DNA of 64,000 nucleotides from Halobacteriovoraceae bacterium (GTDB lineage Bacteria; Bdellovibrionota; Bacteriovoracia; Bacteriovoracales; Bacteriovoracaceae): NCBI GenBank assembly GCA_963719505.1, contig CAVRCF010000001.1, positions 992,001 to 1,056,000 of the forward strand, read 5' to 3'. Shown piece by piece: positions 27,968 to 36,051 of this stretch (position 1 is its first letter; each line of letters starts with the position of its first letter). The notes under the pieces were generated by a model. It saw only the letters and a program-made list of their open reading frames with translations, ran no database searches and was not told where the DNA came from. The position numbers and the translations under genes were made by a program.

Positions 27968-27994
27968 TCAAGTAAACGAAACCCTTACCGATAG
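27968..27994 (+). promoter_or_regulatory. sigma28 (FliA)-like promoter of the Fic/ART operon
   Basis: TCAAG-N14-ACCGATAG, 7 nt upstream of ATG 28002. Confidence 0.6.
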
Positions 27995-28001
27995 GAATCT
28001 G

Positions 28002-28526
28002 ATGAATTTATTTTTAACAGTTTTCTGTCTATTTTTGAGTACAAATCTCTTCTCAAAAGAAGTGAAGCTCTCTTCTGATGGTGGAGTCATCATCTTTGAG
28101 TCCTCTGACTCTTGGGAGTTGCGCCATGATCTTTTTGGCATGGAGAATTGGCTGTTTTCACCGAAAGAGAATAATTCAAGAAGCAATATCACTGTGACCA
28201 ACACAAAAACGAAAATAAAGTTAGATATTGAAAAGATCAAAAAAAATCAGAAAAGTTATGAAGCGCTTAAGCGCAATTGGGCTGATGGTGTACAGGCTAA
28301 AGTTATTAGTTTTATCCCGATGAGTTCACGAAAAAATAGTCATGGAAACACAGTGAATACTATAGGGTTTAGATACTTCTTTAAAGACAAAAACTATAGA
28401 GAGGACTCTTATTATATAGACTGTCGAGGAACACTTATTTTCGCCAAGTCTTTAAGGTTAGAGGTAAACGCCAACCATCAAAATGATATCGATAAAATGA
28501 TTAACTCTATGGACTGTTCACTGTGA
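28002..28526 (+). CDS. Exported hypothetical protein, possibly PsbP/DcrB-like fold; partner of the downstream toxin-like protein
   Basis: Signal peptide ending NLFS; GTGA overlap couples its stop to the 28523 start. Confidence 0.75.
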   Translation: MNLFLTVFCLFLSTNLFSKEVKLSSDGGVIIFESSDSWELRHDLFGMENWLFSPKENNSRSNITVTNTKTKIKLDIEKIKKNQKSYEALKRNWADGVQAKVISFIPMSSRKNSHGNTVNTIGFRYFFKDKNYREDSYYIDCRGTLIFAKSLRLEVNANHQNDIDKMINSMDCSL

Positions 28527-31500
28527 AAATACTCTTAACGATTCTCCTTTGTTTTTGTAGTCTTCAAGCTTTTGCTCAATTGCCGGCTAATTGTACTGAA
28601 GGTGAATGCGTAGCAAATCTTGTAGAAGAATTAGAGGAACTCAATTCTGTTTTTAATAAAGAGTGTATGGCCCAAAAAGATTCAGATCAAAGTGTCGATG
28701 ATTACTTTGAGCAAAATGGGATCTCTGAGAAATGCTATGTTATGCTCAGTGAGATTTCTGTCAAACAACAGAAGCTTCAAAGTATTGCGACACAGTTGGA
28801 GGTCGCCGTTGGTGAGAATGAAGTTCGAAGCTGTCAGGTTCCGGACTCGGGAAATCTCTTAAACTCTCAAATTCAAGATATAAACGCCGTCAATTCGCAA
28901 GCTTCATGCTCTGAAGAAAGAAAAAAAGAAGTTAAAAAATCGTGTAGTTCAGACTTGAATTGTTTTATGTTCGCCTCAGCGATGGGAATGGGCGGTGATG
29001 TCGCTGAAAAACTTATCCCTGACTCGATGAAAATCCCAAATTGCAACTTAGGTGATGACTCATGTACGACACAACTTGTAAGTGGATTCATAGATTCCGT
29101 TATGACTTTCTTTTCAGGAGCATGGGATCTTTTAAAGATGGCAAAAAATGGCGTCGAAAAACAGTGGAATAAATTCTGGGGTTGGGTGACGGATGCCGAA
29201 GACCATTCTTCAACTTCTCAGTTGGCCATGGCGGAGGCTTCTGAAGATGATGGCGTTTTCTCCATGCTTGTGGATGACTTCTCTGGAACGATGAGCAGGA
29301 TGTGGCAAGGGCTTGTGGGCTCAATTAAAGAGTGGCTAAAAACTGATATTTTTTGTGAAAAATGGGAAGGAATACCGCGAGCAAGTAAATGTATCCAGCC
29401 TTACACAGACTTTGACTGTGCAAGTTGTAAGACTTTCGCAACGGGTCTATGTGCCGCAACTGGCGTTATTGTAGCAGAGATCGTGCCAGCATTTTTAACT
29501 GGTGGTATCGTGACAGCGGCGAAGCATGGAATTAACGGAGCCGCCAAAATTGCCAAAGTCTTTAAGGTTTCATCCAAGGCAGCTCAAGCACTCAAAAAAA
29601 CAAAAATTGTCTCAAAGGTCTCTAAGAAGGTCTCAAAAATAGATGACATCATCTCTTTGTCTTCAACTGTGTCAAAAATTGGAGCTAAACTTAAAACGGC
29701 ACTTTCAGTTGCTGGTAAATATCTACTTTCTCCATTGGCAAAAAAGACAACCGCGATCGGTAAGAGTCTAAAGGCGCTTTCTTCGAAATCGAAGATGTTT
29801 ATGGCCGAAACATCCTCGGGCAAGATGATCGTTTTCTCTCTCAAGGCTTTAAAGAAGACAGGTAAAGTTATTATTTATCCTATTGATAACCCAATGACGA
29901 CCTTTGCGTTTAAAAAGGGGATGACTTCTTTTGATAAAGCGCTTGTTCTTGGAGCAAAGAAAATTGGTCTCGCAACGAAAACAATAGTGGGAGTTGAAAA
30001 GGCAAGCTCAAGCGCTTACAGATCACTTCTAAAAATGGAAGAAGCTAAAATATTAAATAAAGTTGATAATGCTGAAAACGTCAAAATAAGTAGACTCTAT
30101 CTTGATGAGGTTAAGCCGCACCGGAAAAAAATTGTCTCAGATGTTTTTGAAAGTCAATCGGAGAACTTTAACGATATTGTTGAGACTCTTTACCCCGAAC
30201 TTAAATACGGAAAGCTCTCGGATAATATTCCAGAAGGCGAAATTATCGCAGCAGAGAAAGAGATCTGGGAACAAATTAAAAATGTAAGAGATGGACCTTA
30301 TAAAGATAAGCTCATAGAAAGCTTTCACTTTAAAATTGTCGGGTCAACTGCTAGAGCAAGGCTTGTTAGTAAAACTCCTCTTTATACAGATATCGTTAGA
30401 AATACAAAGCTTAATAGTGCAGACAGACTCTCTGAAGCTCTCAGGATAACGGGGAGATCTAAAGGCACCCAAAAACTTGAAGAAGCCTTGGAAAAAGCCC
30501 ATCTTGTTGGCGAAGAAGGTGGCGTTTATAACTATACATGGAGAGAACTTCGAGAAAAATATCGCCATCTTACAGACGGAGGCTTCTCCCAGGATGAAGC
30601 TGATCTTCTTATCAGGCAAGGTCTCGCTGGCCGTCCTCCTACAAGACAGCTTTTAACTGAAACAGAATCTAAGTTCATGGGACATAATGCAGATATTCTC
30701 GACAAAAAATATCTACAAAAAAGAGATCAACTATTAAAAATAGATAAAGTTGATGAGCCAGTATCAAAGTCAAAAAATATTTTTTCTCGTACGAGAAATT
30801 GGATTAACAAGCGAATGAATGGACCTTCATTGGTTAAAAATCCAAAAATCGTCGATCAAATTGAATCGATATACTTTATAGACAATCGTCATGGTCATAC
30901 AGGTCTTCAAAGTATCATGGATGGTAAGAGCACCATAAAGGCATCCCAAGTTGGGACTCGCTACGGAGAAAAAGAGTTTAAAAATTATCTCAACGCCAAA
31001 AAATATCTTCTAGAAGAAAGTCCAGAACTTTCCATACAAACGTTAAAGAATGTTCAAGCGAAAATGATGGAAGGAGGAGTCGAGGGACTTTCAGAAGCCT
31101 ATATTGGTAACTTTAGAAAGGGTGGTGTTTATGGAAATGTTCCGCCAAGCCATGCCATAACGGAACAAATCAAAGAGGAGATCGTTAAAAACCCTTATCT
31201 CCACTGGATAGAGACAGAAAAAATTGCAAAAGGCGATACTTTTGAATACGCAGGAAAAATTATCTACCCCAATGCAAAAACTATTGAGCCTCGTGGACTT
31301 GAAATTATTACCCAAAGAAATCCAAGTCTCGTTGCGGAGATTGAAGAATTTCAAGCATTACAGAAATTAAAAAGTAAAATCGGTGTTGATCTTGCGGATA
31401 AAAAATATTCTGACCTCGACCTTCCTGATTTTATAAAATCAAAATACAAAAATACCTCTGATCTAGAGATTGCAATTAGAAAAGTTGAACTCGATGAGTT

Positions 31501-32920
31501 TGTTCTAAACGAAAAGCTTATTGGAGAAATGGTTGAAGAGCGTTTTGAATGGTTTAAAAAGGCTCGCTCAGAACTTGGTGATATAGATTCACCTGCAAAG
31601 CTTGATGAGTATGTCGATATGGTTTCGAACCTACAAAGAGATCTTGTTTCAATTCATCCTTTTGGAAACGGTAATGGAAGAACGACAAGAGAGGTGGCCT
31701 TAAATTACCTTCTCGTAAAAGAAGGCTTTCCACCGCCAAGATTAGTTAATCCCAATGCAGATATATATAAAAGTGCTAAACAGTGGTCTGATGAAGTTAA
31801 AGAGGGAATCATTGCCTCTGATCACCTTATGGATGATCTCATTGAAAGACAGCGTATGGGCCTCAAGTTGGAAAACTCTTCAGAGCTTGTTATTCCATTT
31901 AGAACTCCAGCTGTTTCTTTAAATTTAAAAACTGGAACTAAGTTTAAAAATATGGAAGGGGTCGAATACATTGATCCAAAACTTTACCGTGAAATTGTGA
32001 AGAGAAAAATTGCGGAAGATGCAACTTTTGCCTCGAGAATTGAAACGGCTCCAGAGCAAGCTTGGGAAGAAATTAATAAAGCCGCTGAAAAAACATTTAG
32101 TGAAAATAATATTTATTACAACCACGCAAAAAATGGCATTGAAAGAGTTGAGATTGGCTATGTCGATGAAGACTTTCTTGAAATGTTTGGTAAGGCATCA
32201 TTTGACGACGTTGAAAAATTTAATTTCAAAATGAATCAGTGGTACGACGAACGTGTTGTTTGGAGAGGGCTTGCCTCAAAAGCCGTTGAAAAATCAGAAG
32301 GAGAAATTCTTCAGATGTTTAAAGAATTAAATAAACATATGGCCTCAAATGCCGTTTTAAGAAATGCAGCGGATTCATCTCCTGACGCAATAAGAAAGGC
32401 AGCCTTACAGGACTTCACAAAGTACAATGATGATATCTTTGGTGAGGGGCTTGTCAACATGGCCAGGGATCACAGCGAGACAGGACCGATGTATGGAATT
32501 AGTTATGGTTACTCAACATCAAAAAATAGAGAAGTTGGAAAAGCATTTTCAATGGGGGCGATGGTTATTGCTGAATACGGAGCTCACAAAGCTCCAGAGC
32601 TTCAAGCTCTTTTGAAATCGAGAATTCTCGTCGGCGCAAGAAAAGCGCATAAGGATGTTGATCTTGGAAGGTTAAAACAATTGAGACCTGAGTTTTCTTA
32701 CAAATATGGAAGGCAGCAAGAGGTCATGGGAATAGGTGCAAGTGATCCAGATGCGATTTCAATTATTCAAAGAATAGATGCAGATGGTGGAGTTATTGAA
32801 ACCTATCTTAGGAATCCTGAGCACCCTGAGCAGATTTGGCTGGTAAAAGGCGACATAAGACCTGGGGATACTCCTACAGCTGAAAATCTAATTAAGACAA
32901 TCGATTTAAGAGCTAACTAA
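28523..32920 (+). CDS. Giant Sec-exported protein: Cys-rich N-terminus, hydrophobic segment, Fic domain, C-terminal ADP-ribosyltransferase-like domain
   Basis: Signal MKILLTILLCFCSLQAFA; Fic motif HPFGNGNGRTTR (31655-31690) preceded by the GNFRK flap; ART triad VVWRG (R1248), YGYSTS (S1331-S1333), QQE (Q1398/E1400). Confidence 0.85.
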   Translation: MKILLTILLCFCSLQAFAQLPANCTEGECVANLVEELEELNSVFNKECMAQKDSDQSVDDYFEQNGISEKCYVMLSEISVKQQKLQSIATQLEVAVGENEVRSCQVPDSGNLLNSQIQDINAVNSQASCSEERKKEVKKSCSSDLNCFMFASAMGMGGDVAEKLIPDSMKIPNCNLGDDSCTTQLVSGFIDSVMTFFSGAWDLLKMAKNGVEKQWNKFWGWVTDAEDHSSTSQLAMAEASEDDGVFSMLVDDFSGTMSRMWQGLVGSIKEWLKTDIFCEKWEGIPRASKCIQPYTDFDCASCKTFATGLCAATGVIVAEIVPAFLTGGIVTAAKHGINGAAKIAKVFKVSSKAAQALKKTKIVSKVSKKVSKIDDIISLSSTVSKIGAKLKTALSVAGKYLLSPLAKKTTAIGKSLKALSSKSKMFMAETSSGKMIVFSLKALKKTGKVIIYPIDNPMTTFAFKKGMTSFDKALVLGAKKIGLATKTIVGVEKASSSAYRSLLKMEEAKILNKVDNAENVKISRLYLDEVKPHRKKIVSDVFESQSENFNDIVETLYPELKYGKLSDNIPEGEIIAAEKEIWEQIKNVRDGPYKDKLIESFHFKIVGSTARARLVSKTPLYTDIVRNTKLNSADRLSEALRITGRSKGTQKLEEALEKAHLVGEEGGVYNYTWRELREKYRHLTDGGFSQDEADLLIRQGLAGRPPTRQLLTETESKFMGHNADILDKKYLQKRDQLLKIDKVDEPVSKSKNIFSRTRNWINKRMNGPSLVKNPKIVDQIESIYFIDNRHGHTGLQSIMDGKSTIKASQVGTRYGEKEFKNYLNAKKYLLEESPELSIQTLKNVQAKMMEGGVEGLSEAYIGNFRKGGVYGNVPPSHAITEQIKEEIVKNPYLHWIETEKIAKGDTFEYAGKIIYPNAKTIEPRGLEIITQRNPSLVAEIEEFQALQKLKSKIGVDLADKKYSDLDLPDFIKSKYKNTSDLEIAIRKVELDEFVLNEKLIGEMVEERFEWFKKARSELGDIDSPAKLDEYVDMVSNLQRDLVSIHPFGNGNGRTTREVALNYLLVKEGFPPPRLVNPNADIYKSAKQWSDEVKEGIIASDHLMDDLIERQRMGLKLENSSELVIPFRTPAVSLNLKTGTKFKNMEGVEYIDPKLYREIVKRKIAEDATFASRIETAPEQAWEEINKAAEKTFSENNIYYNHAKNGIERVEIGYVDEDFLEMFGKASFDDVEKFNFKMNQWYDERVVWRGLASKAVEKSEGEILQMFKELNKHMASNAVLRNAADSSPDAIRKAALQDFTKYNDDIFGEGLVNMARDHSETGPMYGISYGYSTSKNREVGKAFSMGAMVIAEYGAHKAPELQALLKSRILVGARKAHKDVDLGRLKQLRPEFSYKYGRQQEVMGIGASDPDAISIIQRIDADGGVIETYLRNPEHPEQIWLVKGDIRPGDTPTAENLIKTIDLRAN

Positions 32921-32922
32921 AT

Positions 32923-33510
32923 TTAAAAGATGGACCACATCACTTTCAACCTTGGAAGATAGATGTCTTGCGGAGTGAGAGCGTTGAATCCATCCTCGTA
33001 TTCGTGTTCGAAGTGATAGGCACCTATAATTAATGAAATAGAAGAATAGAGAAGAACTTGAATTTCTGATTTCGATAAACTTGAAGCATTGGAAATCGGA
33101 ATTGTGAGTTTATCCAGTTGATCTCGCACCAGCTTCTCTAAAAACTCTTTTTGACTCTCACTGAGAACATGCTTGATATCACTATGATAGAGAGAGCAGA
33201 GCTTCACATGGAGCTCGTTATTATAAAAGCTCTCAAAGAGCCTTGTCTCAAGCTTATAGGAATAGTCTTGTAAAAGTAATGCTTCATCAAACCAGTTCTT
33301 ATATTGCAAAATAAGAATTTCATAAAACAGGTCTTCTTTACTTTTAAAGTAAGTATAGAGGTTACCCTTTGTCATATTACTTAGCTTGGATATTTGGGAG
33401 GCATTTGGCATTCTTCCAGAATCACTCAAAAAAATTTCAATGGCCGTATCCATAATGAGGTTTCTTTTATTCTCTTTGTCTGAGGAATTTCTAGCTCTTG
33501 TCTGTCTCAT
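32923..33510 (-). CDS. TetR/AcrR family transcriptional regulator
   Basis: RARNSSDKENKRNLIMDTA and the HTH motif TKGNLYTYFKSKEDLF. Confidence 0.9.
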   Translation of the reverse strand: MRQTRARNSSDKENKRNLIMDTAIEIFLSDSGRMPNASQISKLSNMTKGNLYTYFKSKEDLFYEILILQYKNWFDEALLLQDYSYKLETRLFESFYNNELHVKLCSLYHSDIKHVLSESQKEFLEKLVRDQLDKLTIPISNASSLSKSEIQVLLYSSISLIIGAYHFEHEYEDGFNALTPQDIYLPRLKVMWSIF

Positions 33511-33552
33511 TCTGACCTTAAGTAAATCGAGTTTAGTTAATTCTTATTTTAA

Positions 33553-33572
33553 GTTAACTTGGTTTAGTTAAC
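33553..33572. promoter_or_regulatory. Palindrome, candidate TetR operator
   Basis: GTTAACT-N6-AGTTAAC in the tetR/E1 divergent region; GTTTAGTTAA also repeated at 33531 and 33562. Confidence 0.4.
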
Positions 33573-33675
33573 AATAGAATTCTCATGATTTTAGTCAAAT
33601 TTTCTTATTAAATGACGATAGATAGGGTACAAAACCATATATTGAATACTAAATAAAATAACGAGGAGACTATAC

Positions 33676-35730
33676 GTGGCTATTATCGATCAGAAAGTAA
33701 AAGAGACCTATTCTTTGAAGAAAACTAAAAAAGCTCAAATCAAGAAGTGGTATGAACTCTTGGTTCTTGGACGCATGCTCGATGAAAGAGCTCCAAATTA
33801 CCTCAAGCAAGCTCTTGGTTGGTCTTACCACGCACCTTATGCTGGTCATGATGCTATTCAACTAGCCATTGGTCAGACTTTTGATAAGGATACTGATCAT
33901 CTGTTTCCATACTATAGAGATATGCTGACGGCCCTTTCTGCGGGAATGAGTGCCACAGAGATTATTTTAAACGGTCTATCAAAAGCAGATGATTTAGCAT
34001 CGGGCGGAAGGCACATGTCTAATCACTTTGCAAAACCAGAGTGGAATATTCACAACGTTTCAAGTTGTACAGGAAATCACACTCTTCATGCTGTCGGAGT
34101 TGCTCGTGGAATGAAAAGGTTCAACCATAAAGGTGTATCGATATCAAGTCAGGGAGAGTCTTCGACTTCTGAAGGTTACTTTTATGAAGCAATAAATGGA
34201 GCATCCAACGAGAAGCTTCCTGTCATTTTTGTTTTTCAAGATAACGGTTATGGTATTTCAGTTCCTAAAAAAGATCAGACAGCTAATGAGTTTGCAGCCG
34301 ATAACTTTTCAGGCTTTTAAAATCTTAGAATTATCCACTGTGATGGAAAAGATGTTTTTGACTCAATGAATGCCATGACGGAAGCAAAAAAACACGTTCT
34401 CGAAAAAGAAGAGCCAGTTATTGTTCACGCTCATTGTGTGAGAATTGGAAATCACTCTAACTCAGATAAGCACGAATGGTACAGAGATGAAGATGAAAGA
34501 GCTGAGGCTCTTGCTCAAGATCCTCTTCCAAAGTTTAAGGAAGATCTCTTAAAGGCGAAAATTTTCACTAAAAAAGAACTGGAAAAAATTGAAGCTGATT
34601 GTAAGTCTGAGTTAATGGATGCCCATAAAGCTGGTGTCAAAGCTCCTCATCCAACGGCGGATTCCATATGGGATTACGTCCTCGCTCCAGCTTATAAAGC
34701 AGAAAAATATCCTGATGGAACACATGATGAGTCAGGAGAGCCCATTAAATTTATAACGGCGCTAAATGAAACGTTAAAAGCAGAATTTAGACATAATGAG
34801 AAAACTTTTATTTGGGGGCAAGATATGGCCAACAAGGAAAAGGGTGGAATCTTTAATGTTTCAAAAGGAATGCAACAGGAATTTGGAATTGAAAGAGTCT
34901 TCAACGGTCCAATTGCTGAAGATTATATTCTTGGAACAGCGAATGGAATGAGTCGTTTTGATAAAGAGATCAGAATTGTTGTTGAAGGTGCTGAGTTTGC
35001 AGATTACTTTTGGCCTGCGATGGAGCAATTTGTTGAAACAACTCATGACTACTGGAGAAGTAATGGAGCCTTCTCTCCTAACGTAACAATCAGACTTGCC
35101 TCTGGTGGTTATATCGGTGGTGGACTTTATCACTCGCAAAACCTCGAAGGGTGTCTCACAACTTTTCCTGGTATCAGAGTAGTCGTTCCAGCCTTTGCTG
35201 ACGATGCTGCGGGACTTCTAAGAACCTGCATGAGAAGTGAAGGTCCAGCGATGTACCTAGAGCCAAAAGCTTTATACAACTCAAAGGATGCCATGACAGT
35301 TGTTCCTGACGACTTTGAAGTACCTTTTGGTGTCGCACGTGTTCGAGCAGAAGGAACTGACGCAACTATAATTACTTATGGAAATACAGTTCATCACTCT
35401 CTTCAAGTAGCACAGAAACTGAAAGAAGAGGGAATCTCTATTGAGGTTGTGGATTTAAGATCTCTTATTCCACTCGATACAGATGCGATTGTTAAATCTA
35501 TTAGTAAAACACATAGAGTTCTTGTGGCTCACGAAGATAAAGTTTTTGGTGGCTTTGGAGGAGAGATCGTTGCTCAAATCAATGAACTTTGTTTTGAACA
35601 ACTAGATGCACCAGTAAAAAGACTTGGGTCTACTTTTACTCCAGTTGGCTTTAATAGAATTCTTGAAAAAGAAACTCTTCCAAACGCTGACAAGGTAGAG
35701 GCTGCAATTAGAGATTTACTAGCTTATTAA
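33676..35730 (+). pseudogene. Fused alpha/beta E1 subunit of a 2-oxoacid (branched-chain-type) dehydrogenase, interrupted by one in-frame TAA at 34318-34320
   Basis: ORFs 33676-34320 and 34366-35730 are in the same frame. Read-through gives SGF*NLRIIHCDGKDVFDSMNAM. Alpha motifs YYRD, GESSTSEG..E, QDNGYGIS, HSNSD; beta motifs WGQD, PIAED, YHSQ, DLRSLIPLD. Confidence 0.85.
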
Positions 35731-35741
35731 AAAATAAAGTC

Positions 35742-35775
35742 GATTGCTTGCGCAGACTTGTTCTCGCAAGCAGTC
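35742..35775. terminator. Hairpin downstream of the E1 gene
   Basis: GATTGCTTGCG...CGCAAGCAGTC stem (one G-U pair), no U-tract. Confidence 0.4.
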
Positions 35776-36051
35776 ACTATAAACCTAGACTATACTTCAA
35801 ACTTTTCTCCGACAAAACTTCACAATACTCAGTATCTTGAAAGTCCAAGTAATCCTTCCAGTAAGCGGGCGGGATAGTTTTCTATCTCTAGATAATGGAT
35901 GGGGTATTTATTTTGTGTTTGGGTTCTCGTCTTTGCCTGCACATAATCCACAATTTTAGGGATTTGTTTTTTTGCAAGCTTGGTATTGACAAGAGAGTAA
36001 GACACATTTCTTTTTGCTGTGCGTGTGTAATCCAACTTCTTCAATTTGGGA

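Noticed and set aside
32923-33510. Gene after the Fic/ART protein as its immunity or antitoxin gene
   Set aside because: It is convergent and clearly a TetR-family regulator.
34318-34320. Programmed recoding (selenocysteine, pyrrolysine, alternative genetic code) at the E1 internal stop
   Set aside because: The codon is TAA, which is used as a normal stop throughout the window; a single substitution explains it.
35829-36044. 71-aa minus-strand ORF downstream of the EEP nuclease
   Set aside because: TTG start with no RBS and no recognisable motif; it may be real or a remnant, but I cannot support it.
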